A stretch of 64,000 nt of DNA from positions 248 to 64,247 of the forward strand of contig JAPULC010000024.1 in the NCBI GenBank assembly GCA_027295305.1, given 5' to 3'. The position numbers and the translations under genes were made by a program. Positions 38,423 to 47,778 of the stretch are shown piece after piece. Each line of letters begins with the position of its first letter. Positions within the stretch are counted from its first letter, which is position 1. The stretch is from Gammaproteobacteria bacterium (GTDB taxonomy: Bacteria; Pseudomonadota; Gammaproteobacteria; Pseudomonadales; Azotimanducaceae). Below the pieces are notes generated by a model. That model was not told where the DNA came from, did not search any database, and saw only the letters and a program-made list of their open reading frames with translations.

Positions 38423-41400
38423 ATGCCAATTCTGACCCGAGCGCTCACAGCTGGTGGCGGTGGTGGTGGTGGCGGTGATGGGGAGATCAACACTGGCTTC
38501 AACTTGGGCGCAGGACCGGGTGAAGTCTTCGCGCAGAAGAACGGTGTCAATCTAGAGTTCCGTAGCCTTCAGGGCACGAACGACATCGGCATCACGCAGA
38601 GCGCCACCGAGATAGCGATCAGTGGTGCGTTGCTGCTCCCGCTCGACGGTTCACGCGCGATGACGGGCGCCCTGGACATGGGGTCGCAGATCATCTCGAA
38701 CGCCGGGGCCATCAACGGCGCCTTGTTGAGCAGCTCTGGCGTTGCCACGGACTACTTGGATGAAACCGGGAGCTACAGCACCCCGAACTCGGTCTTTACG
38801 AACGTGGCGGCTGTCACGGGAATCATCTCCGGAGGTTTGGTCACTGCGAATGTTGATACCACCAAGTTCGATGTGGCTGCCGGCGTCGCTCATCACGCAG
38901 ACCCGAATGATCCTACAGCTATACCGACTTCTGTCGCGTTCGGTCCGTTCGTTGGCATAACCCCGGACGACATAGCGACCCAGACAGCCACGATACTGTC
39001 CATCTCACCTGCAGGCTTGCTCCTCCAGCAGATCCCATTTGAGACACCAGAGGATCGAAGAACCAACGCGCTCCTCCAAGATGTTAGTCATGCGGACCTC
39101 ACGAACATCACTAGCATATCCACGTCGCAGCAGCCGGCGTTCAATGTGCAGCAGTCACTGATTGACTATGTAAAGCTCCTTGGAGCGATAAACTCGGGAA
39201 ACCAATACGCCGCCGCCGCTTCAGACCTGACTATTTCTAAGTCTGCGGGCACTTCAAATCTGCCATTTTTGAATGGTGCGCTCAGTGCGACAAACCCAAA
39301 CGAGCAGATCAATGCAGCTGCTGATCCCACTGGGTTTTTGCAGATATACATAGACTCCACGCAGCCAGGCGGCTTCAACATCTCCCCCCAGACCGACGTA
39401 CCCGCAGGGTCGTGGGACGACGGATCCGACACGCTGGCTACCGTCGGCATGAACAACTGGGCCATCTACTGGATGGACTTCTTCAACAACGTTTCTGCGC
39501 TCACGATAGGGCAGGCCGAATACAACACACTGGCTGCTGCAGAGGCTGCGCTCTTCACAGAGAATCCGATCACGCTTCCAGCGATCGACGCCGTTCCAAA
39601 CACGCGTCGGACTGCAATCATCGTCAAGGGGAACGCGAGCGACCTGTCGGTCCAGCCGGGACAGGCGAAGTTCGTACCGATTCAGATGGGCGTCACAGGC
39701 GGCGCGAGTGCGGTGCTCAGCGTGTTCGGTCGCACGGGCATCGTCACCTCAGCCGCTGGCGACTACATCGCGTCGCAGATCACGTTCACACCCGACGGCG
39801 ACATCGCAGCGGTTGAAGTGCAGGCGGCCATCGTCGAGGTGCGTGACGACACTGACACGAAGCTTGCGCTGAAGGCGGACGCGTCAGTCGTCATCACGGC
39901 TGGCGCTGGACTGACAGGCGGCGGCGATCTATCCGCGAGTCGCACGCTTGATGTGGTGGCGACGGACGCTTCCATCGTCGTCGTTGCCGACAGCCTCGCT
40001 GTGGGCGTCCTGCAGACCGATGCAATGCACGGTGTGCGCGGGGGCGGTACGCAGCATGCGGACGTCATCGCTGGTGGCGCCGACGGTTTCATGACGGGGG
40101 CCGACAAGACCAAGCTCGACGGCATTGCGGCCGGTGCAGCTGCGCTGACCGCGGCCGCGCCTGCAGACGTTACGAAGGCTGCAGCCGCGGTTGGCGTCGC
40201 CACCCTCGCTGCCAGGGCGGATCACAAGCACGACATCTCCACAGCTGCGGCAGTGAATGTCGGAACGGCGAATGCTGAAGGTTCAGCCACGTCGCTGTCC
40301 CGTTCGGATCACGTCCATGCGCATGCTGCGCAAACCGATGGCACTCTGCACGCGGACGTCATAGCGGGCGGTGCCGACGGCTTCATGACTGGGGCTGATA
40401 AGACGAAGCTCAATGGTATCGAAGCGCTTGCCGATGTCACCGACTTGGCGAACGTGACTGCCGCGGGGGCCGCCATCTTGGCCGGGCAGGCCGGCGGACA
40501 GATCCTGATCGGCGGAACAGCTACAGGCGACGACCTGACTCTTGAGTCAACTTCGTTCGCGACGAAGGGTGACGTGATTGTCGCTGCAGGCAGCGCATTC
40601 CTGCTCAACGACATGGCTGCGCCCGCCAACCCCTCAGCAGGTCAGGGCCGGCTCTACAAGAAGACTGGCGATGATGGGGTGTTCTGGAAGCCGGACGCGG
40701 CAGGCCCCGAGGTCGACCTGACTGCCAACACGGGTGAGGTCAACACCGCCAGCAACCAGGGCACGGTTTCCTTGGTGCTGACTAAGTCGGGCGTGGACCT
40801 TCCGTTCCGCGGCCTCGCAGGCATCAACAACATTGGTGTAGCGATCAACGGTAACGATGTTGAGATAAGTGGATCTCTGCTCGCTATTGCTGCGCGCGAC
40901 ATGATTGCCGGCGCCGGTCTCACAGGTGGCGGTGACCTCTCGGCCGACCGCACGTTCAATGTGATCGCGAATGGTGATGCATCGATCGTAGTCAATGCCA
41001 ACGACATCCAGGTTGGTGTTTTGGCGACAGACGCACAGCACGGTGTGCGGGGTGGAGGTACACAACACGCCGACGTCATCGCAGGCGGCGCCGATGGCTT
41101 CATGACCGGTGCCGACAAGACAAAGCTTGATGGCATAGCTACTGCTGCAGCTGCGTTGACCGGCGCAGCGCCCGCCGACGTTACGAAGGCCGCAGCCGCG
41201 GTCGGCGTCGCCACCCTCGCTGCCAGAGCGGACCACAAGCACGATATCTCCACAGCCGCAGCAGTGAATGTTGGTACGGTGAATGCTGAGGGTTCGGCGA
41301 CATCGCTGTCGCGCTCGGACCACGTGCATGCTCATGCCGCACAGACTGATGGCACCCTGCACGCCGACGTGGTCGCTGGCGGCGCTGACGGTTTCATGAC

Positions 41401-41920
41401 GGGGGCTCGGGCACAGCTACAAGACGACATGGCGCTATTCCGCGAGTGGGTGCCCGGGGGTAAGCTGATCAGCATCACAAACTCCAGCTGGGTGATCACC
41501 GTCAATGCGCCTGCGGTGGCGAGTGCAGCCAACGCGGAGAAGACGGTGCGCGTGTTCGACGACACCGACGACGAAGGCGCTGGCTACGAGCTGTTCGTAC
41601 CGACGGGCGCTACCGACGTGGTGTTCACGATGGTCACGCGGCCCGTGTCGTCACCAGGCGGCGCTGTCACATCGACGTGGGCAGTGTATGAAAAGGACTT
41701 CGGCGACGATGCGGTGCCGGGGTCATGGAGTGCCGCCAACGCGCTCACCACTGCTAACCACGCGTCCGGGAATCTCAATGTCCAGTACGATGAGACGTCG
41801 TTCACGTTGGCGGGGCTGGGCGTCGCCGCTAACCAGCTGCACCTACTGGAGTTCGTCCGCAGCGGAGGCACGCTCACTGGCGACGCCGAGCTGCTAGGCG
41901 TGCTGGTGGAGGTAGTCTAA
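38423..41920 (+). CDS. Fibre-like repeat protein (phage tail fibre repeat motifs)
   Basis: 1165 aa with an N-terminal Gly run. It has four GGADGFMTGADKTKL(D/N)GI-type motifs and a large internal duplication. Confidence 0.7.
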   Translation: MPILTRALTAGGGGGGGGDGEINTGFNLGAGPGEVFAQKNGVNLEFRSLQGTNDIGITQSATEIAISGALLLPLDGSRAMTGALDMGSQIISNAGAINGALLSSSGVATDYLDETGSYSTPNSVFTNVAAVTGIISGGLVTANVDTTKFDVAAGVAHHADPNDPTAIPTSVAFGPFVGITPDDIATQTATILSISPAGLLLQQIPFETPEDRRTNALLQDVSHADLTNITSISTSQQPAFNVQQSLIDYVKLLGAINSGNQYAAAASDLTISKSAGTSNLPFLNGALSATNPNEQINAAADPTGFLQIYIDSTQPGGFNISPQTDVPAGSWDDGSDTLATVGMNNWAIYWMDFFNNVSALTIGQAEYNTLAAAEAALFTENPITLPAIDAVPNTRRTAIIVKGNASDLSVQPGQAKFVPIQMGVTGGASAVLSVFGRTGIVTSAAGDYIASQITFTPDGDIAAVEVQAAIVEVRDDTDTKLALKADASVVITAGAGLTGGGDLSASRTLDVVATDASIVVVADSLAVGVLQTDAMHGVRGGGTQHADVIAGGADGFMTGADKTKLDGIAAGAAALTAAAPADVTKAAAAVGVATLAARADHKHDISTAAAVNVGTANAEGSATSLSRSDHVHAHAAQTDGTLHADVIAGGADGFMTGADKTKLNGIEALADVTDLANVTAAGAAILAGQAGGQILIGGTATGDDLTLESTSFATKGDVIVAAGSAFLLNDMAAPANPSAGQGRLYKKTGDDGVFWKPDAAGPEVDLTANTGEVNTASNQGTVSLVLTKSGVDLPFRGLAGINNIGVAINGNDVEISGSLLAIAARDMIAGAGLTGGGDLSADRTFNVIANGDASIVVNANDIQVGVLATDAQHGVRGGGTQHADVIAGGADGFMTGADKTKLDGIATAAAALTGAAPADVTKAAAAVGVATLAARADHKHDISTAAAVNVGTVNAEGSATSLSRSDHVHAHAAQTDGTLHADVVAGGADGFMTGARAQLQDDMALFREWVPGGKLISITNSSWVITVNAPAVASAANAEKTVRVFDDTDDEGAGYELFVPTGATDVVFTMVTRPVSSPGGAVTSTWAVYEKDFGDDAVPGSWSAANALTTANHASGNLNVQYDETSFTLAGLGVAANQLHLLEFVRSGGTLTGDAELLGVLVEVV
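39896..40396 (+). repeat. Internal duplication, copy 1 (protein-level repeat of the fibre gene)
   Basis: AGAGLTGGGDLSASRT...DASIVV...HADVIAGGADGFMTGA. The 144-aa core at 39965-40396 is about 90% identical to copy 2. Confidence 0.85.
40904..41407 (+). repeat. Internal duplication, copy 2
   Basis: It has the same architecture 1011 nt downstream (core 40976-41407). Many synonymous differences separate it from copy 1. Confidence 0.85.
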
Positions 41921-43269
41921 TGCGGTGGAACGGAGACGGGCTGGAGCTCGACCGGGGACTAGGTAGGTCACCTGCAGCGTTCGATAACATATGGGACGGC
42001 GGTGCGACGTTGTCGTGCTGGGTGCTGCTGGACTCGTTTGGAGTGTCCGAAGGACCGCGGCTGCTCAGCAAGACCGGAGCCCTCGCCAGCAATGACGCCG
42101 GGTGGGTGGTAAGCCTTATCGATGCAGGTGGCGGCTTCGCCCTGCAGTACGGATTCTCAGGCGATGACGGAGGCTGGTGGCCTAATGCGCAGGCGCTCAC
42201 GATAGACGTGTGGATGCACCTGGTGCTGACCTACAACGCCGACAGTGCCAGCAATAATCCCATTTTCTACGTCGACGGGGTGGCCGAGACCACCACCGAG
42301 TTTGGCACGCCCACGGGCACGCGCGAGAGCGATGCCGATTCCAACATGCTGATCGGCAACTTTGATGGTGACGCCCAGCGGTGTGTGGATGGGCAAATAG
42401 AGGACCTCAGGCTATACAACCGGATACTGCCGCCGTCGGAGATCTTGGACCTCTTCACGCTAAACGGGGGCGACGGCATCGTTGACGGGCGGATCTTCCA
42501 CTTGCCGCTGGACGGCATTGTAGGGCACGCGGGCGCTAGCGAGTTCGCCAGCGGTACCCTTGACGAGGTGAGCAGCTCGACAACGCTCACCATGAATGTG
42601 CCTACGGGCACAGTAGAGGGCGACAAGCTGATCATTGTGATAGCCAGCGGGGGCAACGGCAGCACCCCGGAGAACATGACTACGCCCAGTGGCTGGACGC
42701 TGGTCAACTCGGGCAACACAGACCTGCCCTCGTCTACTAATACATCGAGCGTTTGGGTATTTGAGCGCGACGCGCCAGCAAGCGTACCCGCTACCTACGT
42801 GGTCACCGGCGACCTGACGACGGACAAGACAGGTACCATGATTCGAGCGCCGCGCGTGGGCGCGCTTGACGTGTCATCGTCGATCAACACGGGAACGTCG
42901 AGCAGCCCAGTGGCGTCCAGCATCACAGCCGGCGGCGACGCCTATTGCCTGCGTATCTGCGTCATGGACGGCGATGTACTGCCCACGTACGATGTCGACA
43001 TGATTCCCGAGGGCGTGAATCGTCGCGCCACAGCAGCAGGCTCTGACGTGCTGCTGGCCGTAGCCGACGAGATGGTGTCATCGGGCTCCACGGGCACAGC
43101 GACGTTCGCGCCCACGGGCTCTGACGAGTGGGGTTGTCTGACCATCACATTTGACGCACCCAGCGGTGATGAGCCGGGCGAGCTGCGCGACATCGGGCCC
43201 AATGGCCTACACCTGGATTTCTCGGGCACTGCCCCTGTAGCGGAAACTGAACTGGAGCAGATTTCATAA
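41920..43269 (+). CDS. LamG/concanavalin-like lectin domain protein (fibre or receptor-binding accessory)
   Basis: TAATG overlap. The sequence WMHLVLTYNADSASNNPIFYVDGV...IGNFDGD...GQIEDLRLYNRILPPSEI is LamG-like. Confidence 0.6.
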   Translation: MRWNGDGLELDRGLGRSPAAFDNIWDGGATLSCWVLLDSFGVSEGPRLLSKTGALASNDAGWVVSLIDAGGGFALQYGFSGDDGGWWPNAQALTIDVWMHLVLTYNADSASNNPIFYVDGVAETTTEFGTPTGTRESDADSNMLIGNFDGDAQRCVDGQIEDLRLYNRILPPSEILDLFTLNGGDGIVDGRIFHLPLDGIVGHAGASEFASGTLDEVSSSTTLTMNVPTGTVEGDKLIIVIASGGNGSTPENMTTPSGWTLVNSGNTDLPSSTNTSSVWVFERDAPASVPATYVVTGDLTTDKTGTMIRAPRVGALDVSSSINTGTSSSPVASSITAGGDAYCLRICVMDGDVLPTYDVDMIPEGVNRRATAAGSDVLLAVADEMVSSGSTGTATFAPTGSDEWGCLTITFDAPSGDEPGELRDIGPNGLHLDFSGTAPVAETELEQIS

Positions 43270-43850
43270 TGGCAAATGTACTGAACCGAAGGACACTGGA
43301 GTACATACCAAGTGCACACACGCCCAAGTACCCAGTTGCTACCTGGTTGGGCGGCATGAATCTTGACGGCACAAAGTCTGCCTCGATAGACCGGAGACCT
43401 ATCGATGGCGAGACGCCCAGTCCGCTCAGACACGCGTTGGACGGGGATGTTCTGCGCTACCTCACTGACGTGGAGCTCAGCGCGTTGACCCCGCTCAACG
43501 AATACAAGCGCACACGAAGTAAGAGTATTACCCAGACGACAGAAGCTTTGGTCAGCCAGGGCTTCGAGTACCCACCAGGCTCCGGTCAGATTTTCAGCAT
43601 GTCGGAAAAAGCGCGAATTGACTTGATGGAGCTGTACCAAGCGCGCAACGAAGTGGCTTATCCACTGAGCTATCCGTTTGCTGATGAGAGCGGGTATCTG
43701 GATATCAAGGATGCTGCCGACATGAGTGCCCTGCTAGCGGCTATGACGGCAACCAAGCGAGGGTTCGATAGTTCCGATAGCACATTGAAACGAGCACTCA
43801 TCGCTGCTGCAGACAAGACCGAGGTTGATCTCGTTGTGGATGAACGGTAG
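43269..43850 (+). CDS. Possible tail-fibre assembly/DUF4376-like protein
   Basis: TAATG overlap, positioned after the fibre genes. The similarity call is weak. Confidence 0.45.
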   Translation: MANVLNRRTLEYIPSAHTPKYPVATWLGGMNLDGTKSASIDRRPIDGETPSPLRHALDGDVLRYLTDVELSALTPLNEYKRTRSKSITQTTEALVSQGFEYPPGSGQIFSMSEKARIDLMELYQARNEVAYPLSYPFADESGYLDIKDAADMSALLAAMTATKRGFDSSDSTLKRALIAAADKTEVDLVVDER

Positions 43851-43942
43851 CGGCGCTTCTGGGTCTTTCCCTTTCGGGGCTCGGTTCATTGAGGACGTCC
43901 AACTCGATGGGTTGGGTACTACGGAGTTCGCTGGAGTGGCGA

Positions 43943-44455
43943 TCAGCGCGACCCGAGGCGTCTCGCGATTGGCATCGGCTTGGCTGGGCCGAGGGGTTGG
44001 TCTGCTATTAGATGGTCATCGATGTACTCGTCAACGTCGGGCCAAATGTCATGGGGCGCATCGAGGCAATCTCGCTGGACCAGTTTCACTGTGTCGGCTG
44101 GATCACTACGCACGCCGATGATGTCGAGGATGATGCCATCGTCCGACATGACGATGCTGTGTTTCTTAGCGTTCACGATGTGCCATTCGTTTTTCGGGAG
44201 TGCCCGCTGTGCGAGATCCAGCATGGGGGCCACGATCACATGGCAATATCCGATCATCTGAAAGGCGCCGGCACATTCCCGAGTGCGCGGCCATGGATAA
44301 TCGATGGTGTATCCCGCTTCTCTGGGGATGTGGATGGCTGGGTCATAGTCATAGCGGATGGTGCGGATCGCGCGGCGCAATGTGTTCTGCACATCGGGGA
44401 TATGGGGCCAGAACTTTCGGCGCCACATCTTGTTGATGGGATATATCATTAGCAC
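43943..44455 (-). CDS. Hypothetical protein, downstream partner of HNH gene in an antisense-oriented insert
   Basis: 170-aa ORF with lower GC than its surroundings. It overlaps the HNH gene stop by 7 nt. Confidence 0.55.
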   Translation of the reverse strand: MLMIYPINKMWRRKFWPHIPDVQNTLRRAIRTIRYDYDPAIHIPREAGYTIDYPWPRTRECAGAFQMIGYCHVIVAPMLDLAQRALPKNEWHIVNAKKHSIVMSDDGIILDIIGVRSDPADTVKLVQRDCLDAPHDIWPDVDEYIDDHLIADQPLGPAKPMPIARRLGSR

Positions 44456-44958
44456 CGAGTTGTGCCAGATTGGGCGCCGACATGCGCCCAGTTTTTTCGA
44501 TTCACGATGACGCTGATGAGCGCCTGGCTAACGCCGAAATCCTTTGCGAGTTTGCGCTGTGAAATACCACCAGAGGCATATCGCGTTCTGATGGTGTTCA
44601 CGTCGGCCTCGGTGAGTTTCGATCGGCCGTTCGTTTCGCCACGTTGGCGTGCCGCCCGCTGCTTCATGACCATGTCAGCAGTGTTATCGGGATTCGTACC
44701 CAAAAAAAGATGCGAGCCTCGGACGCATGGGCGATTATCGCAGTGATGCAATACGCAAAGACCGGCCGGGATGCCGCCGCGCTGGATCTGCCATGCCACG
44801 CGGTGGGCATACTGCGGCCATCCATCGAGGCTGAACTTGCCATAGCCGTCTTCGTTGCAAAAGGCCGCCCACACCCAGCACGGTCCCGGCCGATGCTTCG
44901 GCACGGGACCGTCTTTGTCGACCTTCGACCAGAAGCGCTGTAGAGTTTTATCATCCAT
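44449..44958 (-). CDS. HNH endonuclease with C-terminal HTH
   Basis: It has CWVW...DGYGKF...AHRVAW...VLHHCDNRPCVRGSHLFLGTNPDN followed by GISQRKLAKDFGVSQALIS. Confidence 0.75.
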   Translation of the reverse strand: MDDKTLQRFWSKVDKDGPVPKHRPGPCWVWAAFCNEDGYGKFSLDGWPQYAHRVAWQIQRGGIPAGLCVLHHCDNRPCVRGSHLFLGTNPDNTADMVMKQRAARQRGETNGRSKLTEADVNTIRTRYASGGISQRKLAKDFGVSQALISVIVNRKNWAHVGAQSGTTRC

Positions 44959-44987
44959 GGGGAACTGAACCTTTCCTGTGGGTCAAT

Positions 44988-45022
44988 GCCTCCGGCTGCT
45001 GATACAGCGCGGGGGCTTTTTT
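44988..45022 (+). terminator. Hairpin plus T6, + strand orientation
   Basis: GCCTCCGGCTG...CAGCGCGGGGGC forms an imperfect stem and is followed by TTTTTT (45017-45022). It lies just upstream of the - strand HNH start. Confidence 0.5.
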
Positions 45023-45197
45023 ATAGCACGTTTGCCCCAACCAAAGCTGCTACGACGCGGTCATAGATCCTCGTGAGCGGTTGCACTCTGTAGGGGAAAA
45101 CCGACCTTGTGTCACCCCGAGGGGTGGCATTCGAGGTCGAGGTGCTTGGTGAGTATGAGCCGTTCGGTTTAGGCTTTGTGGTGGAGGTCACAGCAGT

Positions 45198-45710
45198 ATG
45201 TCCGCGCATGATCCAGGCTTCGAAGCCCACGTCACCAACCCGCCGCCCGGCAAACGCCCGACAAGCATCAATGTCGACGAGACGGGCATCTCGATGTCCT
45301 GGAGAACGGCCGTAGCGATCATCGGTTTCGTCATCTTCCTCATGCTGACCTGGAACACCTTCGCGCAGAGCTTGCTGAAGGCGGCGGACCTGGCCGAGCA
45401 TGACGCGCTCCCGACCGCGCACGCGAAGCACCCCGCCCTTCTGGACCCTATCAAAAAGGCGGAAGTCATCGCGATGGTTGAGCCCATTCGCACGCAGGGG
45501 GAGCAAACGGCCCGGGTGGTCGCCAAAGTCCAGGACGGCATCTACGAGCAACGGGCGGATGATTTGGCCTATCGCGCGATCGAGCAGCTGCCCAAAGGCG
45601 CCGGACGGCGCAGGATCAGCACGCATTTCGAGAAGGTGAAGAAGCGGGCCCTGGTGAATCAGAAGGCTGGGCGCAACATACGCGACGGCATCGACGTTCC
45701 CGTGATGTAG
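45198..45710 (+). CDS. Single-pass membrane protein
   Basis: 170-aa ORF with a transmembrane helix (WRTAVAIIGFVIFLMLTW). Confidence 0.5.
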   Translation: MSAHDPGFEAHVTNPPPGKRPTSINVDETGISMSWRTAVAIIGFVIFLMLTWNTFAQSLLKAADLAEHDALPTAHAKHPALLDPIKKAEVIAMVEPIRTQGEQTARVVAKVQDGIYEQRADDLAYRAIEQLPKGAGRRRISTHFEKVKKRALVNQKAGRNIRDGIDVPVM

Positions 45711-45725
45711 GGGTACGCTGCAGGG

Positions 45726-46841
45726 GTGGCTGTCGCATCGACACTCGACCAGCAGAATCAGATCCCCATCGGCCTGGTGGAGGGCGCGAACCCAGGCGTG
45801 GGCGCGCAGGCCCTGGGCTCGGTCATCCGGCTGACCACGACCGACGACAACATCGCCGCAGTCGTCGCGGCCGGCTACGAGCGCCTGGTGGTCGAGCGCA
45901 GCACCGACGGCGGCATCACCTTCGCCGAGATCACCGTGCCGTCCGAGCGCCCCGTGCTCAAAGCCGACCAGCCGGTGATGGAGTTCTTCGACCGCCGGGG
46001 CAACCTGACCTTCTTCTACCGCTTCCGCTACATCGGCAAGATTGCAGGCCAGACGGCCCTCACAGATCCGTCGGTGGCCATCGAGGGGGCTGGGCTAGCC
46101 CTGCTCGGGATCCTCACCGTCGAGCAGCTGAAGGCACGCTACTTCTTCGGCGTTGATATAACGGACAACGATGGCAAGCCGCTCGCGGATGCCGTGTTCC
46201 AGCACTACATCCTGTCGGCGATCAAGTGGTTCGAGACCGAGCTGGACATTGCGATCCTGCCCACAGCGTTCAGCGAGTTTCACGACTATTATCGAAATGA
46301 TTACGAAGCCTTCAATATCATCCAGCTCGACAACTATCCGATCATCTGCATCGACGAGTTCCGCGTGCAGTACCCATCGGGTCAGAGCGTCATCGTGTTC
46401 CCCAACGAGTGGCTGCGCATCGATCCCGCGGGCGGCACGGTCCAGATTGTGCCGACGGCCGGCACGTTGTCCGAGGTACTGATTGGACAAGGCGGCAGCT
46501 TCCTGCCGACTATCTACAATGGCTTGGATTATTTGCCCCAGCTATTCAATCTGGTCACCGTGGCGGGCTTCGAGTCGGGCAAGGTCCCACGCAATATTAT
46601 CGACTTGATTGGCATGGCCGCGTCGTTCGGTCCGTTTAATTTGTTCGGCGACCTCATCGCGGGTGCGGGCATTGCGAACGTGAGCCTGTCCATGGATGGA
46701 CTGAGCCAGACCATCGGCACCACGTCATCGGCGACGAATAGCGGATACGGCGCGCGCCTCATTCAGTATGGCAAGCAAATCAAGGATCAGATCCCCGTAC
46801 TGAAGAGATATTATCATGGTTTGCGAATGATCGTGGCATGA
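45726..46841 (+). CDS. Virion structural protein (head-tail region, putative)
   Basis: 371-aa ORF with a GTG start, placed by context only. Confidence 0.55.
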   Translation: MAVASTLDQQNQIPIGLVEGANPGVGAQALGSVIRLTTTDDNIAAVVAAGYERLVVERSTDGGITFAEITVPSERPVLKADQPVMEFFDRRGNLTFFYRFRYIGKIAGQTALTDPSVAIEGAGLALLGILTVEQLKARYFFGVDITDNDGKPLADAVFQHYILSAIKWFETELDIAILPTAFSEFHDYYRNDYEAFNIIQLDNYPIICIDEFRVQYPSGQSVIVFPNEWLRIDPAGGTVQIVPTAGTLSEVLIGQGGSFLPTIYNGLDYLPQLFNLVTVAGFESGKVPRNIIDLIGMAASFGPFNLFGDLIAGAGIANVSLSMDGLSQTIGTTSSATNSGYGARLIQYGKQIKDQIPVLKRYYHGLRMIVA

Positions 46842-46896
46842 ATATCCGCTCAGTTCTCCAGAGCGGAAAGGCCCGCGCGATGGCACGGGGTGCCGC

Positions 46897-47778
46897 GTGA
46901 CCGACGGCGGCTTCCGCCCACCGCCGCCGGGCAACGCCGTACCGTTCACCGCCACCCGGCAGTTCGCCAATGCGGTGCCGGGAACGGCTGGCGACGTCGA
47001 TCCGATCGCGCAGAGCAACGACACGCTCCCGCTGAACAAGCTGCGCGCTGACTTCAAGCCTGAAGAGTTTGACCGTGTGCTCCTGCAGCATGGCAAGCGG
47101 ATCACCTGGCGGAAGGCGATGCTGTGCCCATGCCTGCGCGATGAGACGCAGCAGGCAGACCTCGCGTGCACCGACTGCGATGGTTCGGGCTACTTCTACG
47201 TGGACCCGTTGAACATCCAGGCGCTGATGTTCGCGTTCTCGGACAGCACGCGACTCTACGAGAAGTTCGGCCTGTGGGCGTCCGGCGAGGTCGCAGTGAC
47301 GACGCAGGCGCCGCACCGCCTGTCCTGGCGTGACTCGCTGGAGATGACCGACGACCTGATGAGCTACAACGAGTTGCTCAAGAAAGACAACCGTCGCGGC
47401 CGCCGGCAGAACCTGCCCGCGAACACTGACGTCGCACGCTATCGGATCTCGCATCTCACGAAGGCGATCGTGAAGACGGCGGCGAGCGGGAGTTTCGCCA
47501 CGCTGGAGCAGGGCATCGACTTCAACGTGAACGACCAGGGGCATATCGTCTGGACGACCGCGGGTGATGCCAAGGTGCCAGCGGGCACTGTTGTGAGCGT
47601 CCACTACGACTTTCATCCCGTCTGGATCGTGATGAGTCATCCGCATGCTGTGCGCTCTGATATAAAGGGATTCAAAGAGAGCCCCGACAAGGTGCAGCCG
47701 CTGCCGCTGCAGGCCTCCGCGCAGCTGGACTTTCTCACGGATTCCGAAACCATCCTGCCGGTGACCGGGGCATGCTGA
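46897..47778 (+). CDS. Virion structural protein with CPC...CTDCDGSG motif
   Basis: 293-aa ORF. Its GTG start is coupled by GTGA to a 6-codon upstream mini-ORF. Confidence 0.55.
   Translation: MTDGGFRPPPPGNAVPFTATRQFANAVPGTAGDVDPIAQSNDTLPLNKLRADFKPEEFDRVLLQHGKRITWRKAMLCPCLRDETQQADLACTDCDGSGYFYVDPLNIQALMFAFSDSTRLYEKFGLWASGEVAVTTQAPHRLSWRDSLEMTDDLMSYNELLKKDNRRGRRQNLPANTDVARYRISHLTKAIVKTAASGSFATLEQGIDFNVNDQGHIVWTTAGDAKVPAGTVVSVHYDFHPVWIVMSHPHAVRSDIKGFKESPDKVQPLPLQASAQLDFLTDSETILPVTGAC

Noticed and set aside
39896-41407. A diversity-generating retroelement (template/variable repeat pair) in the fibre gene.
   Set aside because: Differences between the two copies are spread over all bases and are mostly synonymous, not adenine-specific. 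No reverse transcriptase gene is in the window.
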